64,000 nucleotides of DNA, from contig JAHCIT010000007.1 of the NCBI GenBank assembly GCA_026129095.1, positions 124,001 to 188,000 on the forward strand, read 5' to 3'. Source of the DNA: Deltaproteobacteria bacterium (GTDB lineage Bacteria > JAGRBM01 > JAHCIT01). The first letter of the stretch is position 1, and every line of letters begins with the position of its first letter. The notes under the pieces are model-generated. The model saw nothing but the letters and a program-made list of their open reading frames with translations. It was not told where the DNA came from and searched no databases. The translations under genes and the position numbers were made by a program. Positions 47,481-56,301 of this stretch are shown here, piece by piece.

Positions 47481-48584
47481 TTAGCGCCTGCTCAGCAACG
47501 CCTCCGCCTCATCCCGTACGCCGGCATCGGGGTCGCTGCGGAGCTTCTCGACTGTACTCATATCGCCCATCTGGCCGAGTGCCCAGACGGCCTGCCCCCG
47601 AATGAGCGGATCGGCATCGCCTGCCAGCATGCGGATCAGCGGCGCGAGGCCCTCCACTTTCTGGTTGCCCGCGACGACAAGTGCGTTCCGGCGCAATCCA
47701 GCCGGACCGGGGCGCGCAAGCGGTGTCGCATGGAAACGGGCCCGGAGTTCATCGTCACTGGCTGATAGAACCGATTCCAGGCTGATCACCGCATTCCGGT
47801 CATCCGGCGAAAAGGCGGGATCGGCCGAGCACGCTGTATTGCGGTTATGCGGACAGACTTCCTGGCAAACGTCACAACCGAATATCCACGACCCGATGCC
47901 GGCCCTGAGGTCACGGGGCAAAGCTACACGGCTTTCGATCGTCAGATAGGAAATACACCGGCGGGCATCGACCTCGCGCCGCTTGAAACTGATCGCCTGG
48001 GTGGGGCAGGCATCTATGCACAAGCGGCAGGAGCCGCAGGCATCTGTGCCCGGGATATCCGGTTCCAGCTCGCGGTCAACGATCATCCCTCCGAGCAGCA
48101 GCCAGCTTCCCATGTCCGGGTTGATGAGCAGCGTATGCCGGCCAGCCCATCCAAGCCCCGCCTCGGCAGCGTATTGCCGCTCCAGAAGCGGCCCGGAGTC
48201 GACGCACCGGTAGGTTTCCATACCCAGTTCATTGAGGGCGAACCGCTGGAGTTTCTTCAGCCGCTTGCCGACGATATTGTGGTAGTCGCGTCCCCAGGCG
48301 TAGCGTGCCACCTGGCCCATGCCCAACTGTGGAGATAGTGGCTCGCCGCGGGCATAGTTCACGGCAGCCATGAACACACTTCTGGCACCAGAAAGAAGAC
48401 GTGCCGGGTCCAGACGGTCGGCTGCCCGTTGGGCCAGATAGTCCATCGAACCGTGCAGGCCACGCTCAATCCAGGATGTGAAGGCTTCGGCACCCGGCAC
48501 CGGTAAGACCGATGCACTACCCGTAATGGCGAAACCCAGGTCTGCCGCCCGCTCTTTCAGCAGCCTGCCCGGGTCTGGCTTCAC
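47481..48584 (-). CDS. queG: epoxyqueuosine reductase
   Basis: ARYAWGRDYH, VDSGPLLER, CGSCRLCIDACPT, CISYLTIE, FGCDVCQEVCP, HEAT tail. Confidence 0.96.
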   Translation of the reverse strand: MKPDPGRLLKERAADLGFAITGSASVLPVPGAEAFTSWIERGLHGSMDYLAQRAADRLDPARLLSGARSVFMAAVNYARGEPLSPQLGMGQVARYAWGRDYHNIVGKRLKKLQRFALNELGMETYRCVDSGPLLERQYAAEAGLGWAGRHTLLINPDMGSWLLLGGMIVDRELEPDIPGTDACGSCRLCIDACPTQAISFKRREVDARRCISYLTIESRVALPRDLRAGIGSWIFGCDVCQEVCPHNRNTACSADPAFSPDDRNAVISLESVLSASDDELRARFHATPLARPGPAGLRRNALVVAGNQKVEGLAPLIRMLAGDADPLIRGQAVWALGQMGDMSTVEKLRSDPDAGVRDEAEALLSRR

Positions 48585-48615
48585 GGAATGTTCCGTCCGC
48601 CACGTCCAGACAGAC

Positions 48616-48646
48616 GAAAAGCCCGCCCCCGGCGGGGAGCGGGCTC
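48616..48646 (-). terminator. terminator after ferredoxin
   Basis: AGCCCGC..GCGGGCT GC stem followed by TTTTCG on the minus strand. Confidence 0.6.
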
Positions 48647-48697
48647 AACTGGCCAAGTGGCAGTAGCGAAATGCACAAAGCCCTGCCGGGCTGACAA

Positions 48698-48934
48698 CTA
48701 CTTGTCGCCGTCGCAGCCGATTGCCTCGACCGGACAGCCTTCGAGGGCTTCCATACAGATGGCAATCTCGTCCTCGTTCGTCGGCTGCTTCATCACAAAG
48801 CTGTAACCGCCGCCTTCAGGCGACGAGAAAAAATCAGGGGCCGTCTGGTTGCAGGCGTTGCAGTCAATGCATTCCTTATCCACATAAAACTGGCCGGAGA
48901 CGTTATCTTCGTACTTGTTACCTTTGTCTGCCAT
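48698..48934 (-). CDS. monocluster ferredoxin
   Basis: ATG 48934 with AGGAG RBS. FYVDKECIDCNAC...CPVEAI. Confidence 0.92.
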   Translation of the reverse strand: MADKGNKYEDNVSGQFYVDKECIDCNACNQTAPDFFSSPEGGGYSFVMKQPTNEDEIAICMEALEGCPVEAIGCDGDK

Positions 48935-49108
48935 CTGGTGATTGCTCCTGTGCTCCCGGCCCACTTGCGGTTGGCCGTCCTGATTTCGGGACGGGCCGCC
49001 GGATGCGGGCGCAATATGCACTCCCGAACCAAACCAAATCAAGGGGGAATTGAGATACCCCTTTACAAGGCAAGCAGGCCGGAGAAAGGCCGTTCACCAG
49101 CAAACCGG

Positions 49109-50264
49109 CTACTCCTCGTCGCCCACATCCTGACCCGCACCTTCCCGCCTGATGCCAAGCAGAAAGGCGGTGATAAACTCGTCCAGATCCCCATCAAGGA
49201 CTGCCTGCGGGTTTCCGGCCGTGACGCCAGTACGCAGGTCCTTCACCATCCGGTAGGGCTGAAGAACATAACTCCGGATCTGCGACCCCCAGGCATTTTC
49301 CTTCTTCTGCGCTGCCGCCTTGTCCCTTTCGGCATTACGTTTCTGCATCTCAAGGTCATACAGCTTCGCCTTCAGGATCTTCAGGCCGACAGCCCGGTTC
49401 TGGATCTGGGACCGCTCACTGCGGCAGACGACGCTGGTCCCCGTCGGAATATGTGTGTACCGGACAGCAGAATCGGTCTTGTTCTGGTGCTGGCCGCCTG
49501 CCCCGCCCGCCCGGAATGTATCCACACGCAAATCCTTGTCCTGAATCTCGATCTCGATGGAGTCGTCGAGTTCGGGGATCACGTTTACGGCGGCAAACGA
49601 CGTGTGCCGCCGCTTGTTGGCATCAAACGGCGATATCCGGACGAGCCGATGGACTCCAGCCTCGGCCTTCAAATAGCCGTATGCGTATTCACCGATCACA
49701 TTGACCGTGGCGCTCTTGATGCCTGCCTCTTCACCAGGGGTTTCCTCGACCAGTTCCACTTTCCAGCCCCGTCGCTCGCAATACCGGAGGTACATCCGGT
49801 ACAGCATCTCCGCCCAGTCCTGCGCCTCGGTCCCGCCCGATCCGGCATTGATCGACAGGATCGCATTGTTCGGGTCGGCCTCACCTGACAGCATGCGCCG
49901 GAACTCCAGCGCGCCGAGCGTTTTCTCCATTGCATCGAGCTTGCTGCGAAGTTCAGCGGCCAGATCCGGATCGGACTCGGACTTCAGAAGCTCCAGGAAG
50001 TCGCCGATCTCGGCCATGTCTCTCTCGGCTGCCTGGAACGGTTCAATAACCTCGAGCGCCCGCGTCCGGACTTTCATTACCGACTGGGCGGCCTTGGCGT
50101 CATCCCAGAATCCGGCTTCGAGGGATTTCCGGTCAACGTCCGCGACTTCCTTCAACCGGAGAGCGATGTCAAAGCCCCCTCCGGAGCTTCTCGAGGCGAT
50201 CACGGGCCTCCTCCGCCCGGGTACGGCTCTGGCTAATGATTTCCCTGGTTTCGGCAGCGTCCAT
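49109..50264 (-). CDS. prfB: peptide chain release factor 2 (programmed +1 frameshift)
   Basis: ORF1 (50264-50172) is MDAAE...LRRGL, then CTT TGA C. The +1 frame continues to GGTEAQDW, GVHRLVRISPF (SPF), GGQ and WGSQIRSY. Confidence 0.96.
50168..50183 (-). other. prfB ribosomal frameshift site
   Basis: CGG AGG GGG CTT TGA C: internal SD (GGAGG), 3-nt spacer, slippery CTT-T, UGA-C stop. Confidence 0.93.
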
Positions 50265-50292
50265 ATCGTGTTTCTTTCCGGGTGCCTTTCGA

Positions 50293-51339
50293 TCAGGGCC
50301 GCGCATCAAACTTGACGTGATGCTCCGGCTCGTAGCCGATCTCTTCCTTGGCGCGGACGCCCGAGAGCAGCATGTGGTGGGTGAGCGGGCGGGCGGCCCG
50401 GAACGGGAATGGATGACGGTTAAACCGGAGACGGCGCACCGCCTGCCATGCCGGCTCGATCACACGCTCAGGGACCGAAAGCGTCGGCAGCTTGGTCAAC
50501 GCGATGAAATCCTTGAGGTGCAGGGTCTCCCGCCCCACGATGTTGAGCACCCCGCTGGTCTCCGACGCAACCGACATGCGGATCGCGCGTATCACATCGC
50601 CCGAGTGGACGAGATTGACCATGGGATTGTGGTTCATCACCCGCAACAGGAGCGGTGAATCGAAATAGTAGCTGAAGAAGCTATGCACATTCCGTCCGAT
50701 GACATACGACGGCCTGAGGATCAGCATCTGGAGCTTGCGACGCGAGATTTCATGCTGACAGAGGATATCCGCCTCGATCAGATCCTTTACATACGGCTCG
50801 TCGCGGATGCTGAGATCCAGTTCACTCGATTCGGTCAGTACGACCGGCTCGTTCTCATGCAGGCGGAACACCTTGGCCGATGACAGGAAAATGAACTTCC
50901 GGATGCTCGGCTGCTCAAGTGCCAGATTGAGAAGGTTCTGCGTTCCCTTGATATTGTAGTCACGCACGGTGTCGAGATCGCCCGAATAGCCGACCTGGAA
51001 GCCCAGATGGACGATCGTGTCAATGTTGGCTGCCTGGAACTCCGGTGATGTGCATATTTCCTGCAAACGCCTGACGTTGAGCGGAGCAACCCGGTGAAAC
51101 GTAAACCGGTCAGACGGCAGATCGCTGAAATAGTACGGCCGCTCTCGGCGCGAAAAGGCCCAAACCTTATCCACGTTAGGGTCATGGATGAGTTTGACGA
51201 CAAGCTGGCGGCCGATCGTCGAGGTTGCGCCGGTTACCAGGACATTGTGCTTGAGGGTCTTGCGGCTGCCTTTGGACACCAATCTGGTTTTCCCCTTGGT
51301 GGTGGAACCTGAAGGAGCCGATGCTTTTGGGTCGGGCAT
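50293..51339 (-). CDS. extended SDR / epimerase-like protein (paralog of 13038-14039)
   Basis: VTGATSTIGRQL, NIKGTQNLL, ILRPS, GRNVH, VHSGDV, and C-terminal GYEPEHHVKF matching GFEPQHHIKF. Confidence 0.85.
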   Translation of the reverse strand: MPDPKASAPSGSTTKGKTRLVSKGSRKTLKHNVLVTGATSTIGRQLVVKLIHDPNVDKVWAFSRRERPYYFSDLPSDRFTFHRVAPLNVRRLQEICTSPEFQAANIDTIVHLGFQVGYSGDLDTVRDYNIKGTQNLLNLALEQPSIRKFIFLSSAKVFRLHENEPVVLTESSELDLSIRDEPYVKDLIEADILCQHEISRRKLQMLILRPSYVIGRNVHSFFSYYFDSPLLLRVMNHNPMVNLVHSGDVIRAIRMSVASETSGVLNIVGRETLHLKDFIALTKLPTLSVPERVIEPAWQAVRRLRFNRHPFPFRAARPLTHHMLLSGVRAKEEIGYEPEHHVKFDARP

Positions 51340-51450
51340 GGACGGATTTCCCCTGCGGGCACCGGCTCCAATCGCACAATTCAGGGTGTCGGGCCGGCCC
51401 CGGCATCCGCTGTTCTAGTGACGGGAAGAGTGCCGGGCAAGCCCGGCAGT

Positions 51451-52497
51451 TCAGTTGGGGGATGAGGCGACCTGCGACAGGCCGGAAGGCATGTGATCGT
51501 AGCGATAGGTATATTCGACCCGTTCAATGCGGCGAACCCGTATGACTTCACCCTCATCAACCGACAGCGGAAAAAGAATCGTCTTTTTGTGCAGTTCGCC
51601 ATAGATCATCAGCGTACGGGGGTCGATAGTCCGCTCCATGTATCCTTCGATCTGGCCGCCAACCACATCGCCATGCTTCAGGAACTCCATCGCGTGCCGG
51701 ATGGATGCCTTGCGGGCCTTTTCGACCAGTTCCGGCTCCGTTCCGAGGTCATAGCGGATACGAATGCAACTCTGTTCCGAGTCTCCGCCATGACAGCTCA
51801 CGCCGGGCACGACCTTGGCCGCAATTCCGTACCGGATAAACAGGCCCGGCTCCAGTGTGTAGGTTCCGATCTGGTAATAGACCTTGCCCGGCACGAAATA
51901 CTGGTTGTGCCAGGAACCATAACGGGCATTCCAGTCAGTCATCTCCCGTTTTTCCATTATCTCGCTCTGAAGCGCTTCCTCTTCCACCGGAGGCGGCTTC
52001 CCCTTGGGGAGCCCCGCCCGAAGGTTTTCCGCCACCTTATCGATACCACTGATACCGTGCGCCATGACATGCCCGCCCGGTGCATCACCAATCCGGTAAA
52101 CGAGCTTCACGCCCTTCATTGCTTCCAGAAAGGGATTCTGGAGCGGCTTGCCATTGAGGCTTGCCCCGAGCCGCTGGATTGTCATCAGCACCTCATAGGC
52201 CCCATCCATCTTACGGACTTTCTGGTGATTAACGGCTGAAAAGGTGTCGATCCGCATGCCCCGCTCACCGTAATCGCTGCCAACGACACGGTTCACGCGT
52301 TCTTCAAACTGGAGTCCGTCGGGAGGATTGTAGCGGATCTCGATCAGCCCACCGGCGTCTCGGGCACTGCTTTCATTCTCGCCACGAACGATTGGAAGGC
52401 TTTCGCTCTCGTCGAATGAGAATTCGTCCGCCCAGGCAGCCGGGGTGAAGAGGAGCAGGCAAACCGCCTGCAATGTCCAGGTGAGTCTTGGTTTCAT
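51451..52497 (-). CDS. hypothetical secreted protein
   Basis: Signal peptide ending AWA-D. No recognised motifs. Start uncertain. Confidence 0.65.
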   Translation of the reverse strand: MKPRLTWTLQAVCLLLFTPAAWADEFSFDESESLPIVRGENESSARDAGGLIEIRYNPPDGLQFEERVNRVVGSDYGERGMRIDTFSAVNHQKVRKMDGAYEVLMTIQRLGASLNGKPLQNPFLEAMKGVKLVYRIGDAPGGHVMAHGISGIDKVAENLRAGLPKGKPPPVEEEALQSEIMEKREMTDWNARYGSWHNQYFVPGKVYYQIGTYTLEPGLFIRYGIAAKVVPGVSCHGGDSEQSCIRIRYDLGTEPELVEKARKASIRHAMEFLKHGDVVGGQIEGYMERTIDPRTLMIYGELHKKTILFPLSVDEGEVIRVRRIERVEYTYRYDHMPSGLSQVASSPN

Positions 52498-52607
52498 GCG
52501 TTCCGGAGCAAGGCGCATTTTAGGGGACAATCCCTTCAGGCCGCAACCATACCGCTGTTCTCGTTAAAATAGGTTTACAGCCCGGGTGAAAATTTATTAA
52601 CCGTGGG

Positions 52608-53726
52608 TCATCTGGGATCATGTCTCTGCAGCCACTCAGTAACGATGGGAAGGACTTCCTCAAGGGCCCTTTTCCCCATCACCAGGTCCACATGCCCATA
52701 GTCGGCACTGTAACCTTCACGGCGGCCCAGGTTCACATATCGCTTGTCTGCGGAAGCCGAACGGTCATAGGCGGCGTAAACGTCCCGGGGCGGTGCGAGC
52801 ACATCATGAGCGGCAGCGACGACAAGCAGTGGACGGCGCACACGGTCGAAACTCGCGGCGTAGTTCAGTTTCAGGCTGGGTGACCTGAAACCCTTGCGAC
52901 GGATAAAGGTCGCCCCAACACGAAACTCCTCGTTCGACACGTCATCGAGGACGTTCTGAAACAGGCGGGCTGCATCACGAGCACGCATGTTTCCGCTCGT
53001 ATAGAACGGATTTGGAATAAACGGGTGCAGGGCCAGAATAAACGGCGCTGCCGCCCAGGCAATGAACCGTACCGGGTAATTCGGAATAAACCGTGTAAAC
53101 GGCTGAATGGCGGCGGCAACCTGCCAGAACCAGAACCGGTTGTCGATGAAAGTCGGCGAACCCAGCGCCACAACCGTGCCTACATCCTCGCCAGGATGGG
53201 TCATGAGATAAGCGTACATCACCATCCCGCCCATCGAGTGGCCGATCCAGTCCACACGGTCTGCGCCAGTCCGCTCCTGCACGGTACGGATCGCCGCCGG
53301 CAGATCGCCCATTACGTAATCATCAAATTGCCATTGATGGCGAAGAATGGTTTCCACGCGGCTTGCGCGTCGGGAGTGGCCATGACCGCGCATTTCAAGA
53401 ATCCAGACGTCCCGCCCTTCCCTCGCCAATGACCGGGCAAAAGAGCGCTCCGGGTGGTGATCGAAGAAATAGCGGTTGCAGGCGATCCCGTGGCAGAGAA
53501 TGACCGGCCGGCCTTTTGTTTCACCTTCGGGCCGGATCCTGTGCAATGCAACCGGATGACCATCATCGGCCAGGGCGATAACGCGCTCATCGGCCCGGTG
53601 CCTTGCCCCTACAAGCCGCTCGCTCAGGGCGTGGCCCACGACGGGGATACTGGCCGCGGCATGGGTGAGGCGCCTCTGAAGGGTCATAGATGGAGGGCAT
53701 ATAGCACAGAACGCAGGATGTGACAT
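52608..53726 (-). CDS. alpha/beta hydrolase (lipase/PhaC-like fold, Ser nucleophile)
   Basis: PVILCHG, EMRGHG, DLPAAI, GHSMGG, D.LAP, YGHVDL. Start may be 53687. Confidence 0.85.
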   Translation of the reverse strand: MSHPAFCAICPPSMTLQRRLTHAAASIPVVGHALSERLVGARHRADERVIALADDGHPVALHRIRPEGETKGRPVILCHGIACNRYFFDHHPERSFARSLAREGRDVWILEMRGHGHSRRASRVETILRHQWQFDDYVMGDLPAAIRTVQERTGADRVDWIGHSMGGMVMYAYLMTHPGEDVGTVVALGSPTFIDNRFWFWQVAAAIQPFTRFIPNYPVRFIAWAAAPFILALHPFIPNPFYTSGNMRARDAARLFQNVLDDVSNEEFRVGATFIRRKGFRSPSLKLNYAASFDRVRRPLLVVAAAHDVLAPPRDVYAAYDRSASADKRYVNLGRREGYSADYGHVDLVMGKRALEEVLPIVTEWLQRHDPR

Positions 53727-53738
53727 GAGAGTCAGTGC

Positions 53739-54653
53739 TTAACTGACCGCTTCCCTCAATGCCGAGGAGACGTCGGGAAACCGGAAGGTATAGCCGGCAG
53801 AAAGCGCAGCCTTCGGTTCCGCCCGGGTGCTGGAGAGCACGATGGTGGACTGCTCGCCCAGCGCTGTCTTGAGGACAAAACCAGGAACCGGAAACCAGGA
53901 AGGCCGGTTCATGACGCGGCCCAGTTCCCGGCAGAAGGTCTTGAGCTGTACTGGCTCTGGCGCACAGACATTCATCACAGAAGGTGCACCTGCGTTGTTC
54001 AAGGCAAACATGACGAGACCGGCCACGTCCTCCACATGAACCCACGGAACCCACTGGTTCCCGGACCCGATGTGTCCACCTGCAAACATCCTGAACGGGA
54101 GCGCCATCTTCTCCAGCGCTCCGCCGCCACGACCCACCGCCATGCCAATCCTCAAGCTAACGACTCGGACGCCCAGTTTTTCTGCTTGCCGGGCGGCCGC
54201 CTCCCAGGCGATACAGAGGTCCGTCAGGAACCCCGCACCCGGCGCGCTGGACTCATCCAGGAGTTCATCACCACGGTCGCCATAAAAACCGACCGCTGAG
54301 GCCGCTACAAAAGTCCTGGGTTTTTCGTTCATCCTCGATATCGCCTGGACCAGTGTCTGCGTGCCAATAGTGCGGCTTTCAACCAGCGCCCGTTTGCGGC
54401 TTTCGGTCCAGCGGCCCGCACCTACGTTTTCACCGGCAAGATGAACGATGGCGGCGCAGCCTTCTATAGCCTCGGCCAGTTCTTCCGGGCTCATGGACGC
54501 TGACCACGGCGCACACCGGACGCGGCGGTCCATCTGGAATGCGGCTTTCACTGGATCACGGGAAAGGACCACCGTTTCAAGTCCCGCATCGAGGAGCCGT
54601 TTGACCACCACTTTCCCGATAAACCCGGTCCCGCCGGTTACAGCTATACGCAT
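53739..54653 (-). CDS. TIGR01777 family oxidoreductase (YfcH-like)
   Basis: TGGTGFIG, HLAGENV, RWT, ASAVGFYG, GSGNQWVPWVH, GYTFRFP. Confidence 0.92.
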   Translation of the reverse strand: MRIAVTGGTGFIGKVVVKRLLDAGLETVVLSRDPVKAAFQMDRRVRCAPWSASMSPEELAEAIEGCAAIVHLAGENVGAGRWTESRKRALVESRTIGTQTLVQAISRMNEKPRTFVAASAVGFYGDRGDELLDESSAPGAGFLTDLCIAWEAAARQAEKLGVRVVSLRIGMAVGRGGGALEKMALPFRMFAGGHIGSGNQWVPWVHVEDVAGLVMFALNNAGAPSVMNVCAPEPVQLKTFCRELGRVMNRPSWFPVPGFVLKTALGEQSTIVLSSTRAEPKAALSAGYTFRFPDVSSALREAVS

Positions 54654-54765
54654 GGTGGATATTCCTACCTTTCCTCCCTGGCACGGGCAACGCCGGACGT
54701 CCTGAGCAACGTCATACCCATTGGCCGTGTGCCCGGCTAATAAAGCCGGTCAGAAGGAGTCCCGC

Positions 54766-55176
54766 ATGAGCAAGGGCATACCACCCGTACACAAATACAT
54801 GACCACCAGTCCCATCACGATCGGCCATGACCAGAAGATCGTCAAAGCCGAGGAGATCATGCACGCCAACCGCATCCGGCACCTGCCAGTGCTGAAGGGC
54901 GGGAAATTTACCGGGATCCTCACCGACCGTGATATCAAGTTTGTTCAGGGTCTGCGGGATCTGGATGCAAGTACACTCGTTGTGGATGACGTAGTACGCG
55001 AGCAGGCGTTCACCGTCGATGCAGAGTCGCCGCTGGATCAGGTGGCATCGGAGATGGCCGAACTGAAGGTGGGATCCGCCATCGTTACGCAGAATGGCAA
55101 GCTGGTCGGCATATTCACAACGGTAGATGCCATGCAGGCGCTCGCCGAATTGCTCCGTACGCGGCTTGGACACTGA
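54766..55176 (+). CDS. CBS domain protein
   Basis: AAGGAG RBS. YMTTSPITI, IRHLPV, GILTDRD, GIFTTVD. Confidence 0.92.
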   Translation: MSKGIPPVHKYMTTSPITIGHDQKIVKAEEIMHANRIRHLPVLKGGKFTGILTDRDIKFVQGLRDLDASTLVVDDVVREQAFTVDAESPLDQVASEMAELKVGSAIVTQNGKLVGIFTTVDAMQALAELLRTRLGH

Positions 55177-55257
55177 TACCGGCCTTTGCGGTAGACACCA
55201 TCCGCGCAGTCCGGCACAATACACACACGGCCCCGGAATGAAGGCCGTACGTGTATT

Positions 55258-56043
55258 ATGGGCAAAAGCGGCGCAGCTTCCTTTCAGGACCAGAATATCA
55301 TTGTCACAGGCGGTGCAAGCGGCATCGGACTGGCCGCCGCTGTGGCACTGGAAGCCCGCGGTGCACGGATGGCACTGCTGGATGTGAATGCTGCCGCACT
55401 GGAACAGTCCCGGGAACGGTTCCGGCAACCTGAACGCGTTGTGACGCGCACTTTGGATGTGGCCCAGGCAGAATCAGTCGAGGCTGCGGTAAAAAGCGTA
55501 GACGGCGAAATGGGGCCCGTGGATATCCTGCTTGCGTCAGCCGGTGTTATGGAGGCCGGTCCGTTTTTGGAGTTGACGCCGGACGAGATCGACCGCCTCG
55601 TATCGATCAATGTAACCGGTACGGCAAACGCGATCCGGGCCGTGCTCCCCTCCATGCGCGAACGGCGGCAGGGACGCATTATTACGGTGGCAAGCGTGCT
55701 CGGCCTGCATGCTTTCCGCGAGTTCGCCGTCTATGCAGCGACGAAGTTCGCCGTAATCAATCTTACCGAGTCGCTCGCCAGCGAAAACCTTGATTACGGC
55801 ATCAAGTTCCAGGTTCTCTGTCCGCCTGGCACCGACACCACACTCGTCGCCGGCTTGAAGCACAGGCCAAAATCAATGGAAAAATTTGGTCTCGCTCCCG
55901 TAGACGCCGTGGTCACTGGGCTTTTGGAGGGCATCGGCAAGGAAGAGTTCCTTATCTTGGTCACCCCGGAAACCCGTGCCCTTCATCAGCTTCAGCGTTT
56001 TGCTCCGCCCCTTTTCGACCAGTTCGTGAAGTGGGTTTCCTGA
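55258..56043 (+). CDS. classical SDR oxidoreductase
   Basis: TGGASGIG, SAG, ASVLG, YAATK. Confidence 0.9.
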   Translation: MGKSGAASFQDQNIIVTGGASGIGLAAAVALEARGARMALLDVNAAALEQSRERFRQPERVVTRTLDVAQAESVEAAVKSVDGEMGPVDILLASAGVMEAGPFLELTPDEIDRLVSINVTGTANAIRAVLPSMRERRQGRIITVASVLGLHAFREFAVYAATKFAVINLTESLASENLDYGIKFQVLCPPGTDTTLVAGLKHRPKSMEKFGLAPVDAVVTGLLEGIGKEEFLILVTPETRALHQLQRFAPPLFDQFVKWVS

Positions 56044-56049
56044 AGCCGC

Positions 56050-56103
56050 TTCTCCACACGATTGCCACCTTATCCCCAATAATTCCCCTACAGATGTGGA
56101 TAA
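56050..56103. promoter_or_regulatory. cluster of DnaA-box-like 9-mers
   Basis: TTCTCCACA (56050-58), TTATCCCCA (56070-78), and a perfect reverse box TGTGGATAA (56095-103). Confidence 0.5.
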
Positions 56104-56301
56104 ACTGTGTTTGGGATGCCCTGATTTAGGCATTTTAACATACTGAAATCCCTAGTGGTTTCAAGTGTGCGTGAAACTTTACAATCCCCAATCCAAAAAA
56201 ACCGTTGACTTACTGATTGGTCAAACAGTTAACTGCGGGCCTTGTGCTGATTATCAGCCAATCAGGGCTGGTTTTTTTGAGGAGACAACGACAGTAACAC
56301 C

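Noticed and set aside
48876-48884. Perfect DnaA box TTATCCACA
   Set aside because: Isolated and inside the ferredoxin CDS, explained by the Y-V-D-K codons.
50169-50264. prfB as a frameshifted pseudogene
   Set aside because: The break is exactly the canonical programmed CTT-TGA-C site with an internal SD.
52608-53726. PHA synthase (phaC) call
   Set aside because: The lipase box is GHSMGG with Ser, not the catalytic Cys of PhaC.
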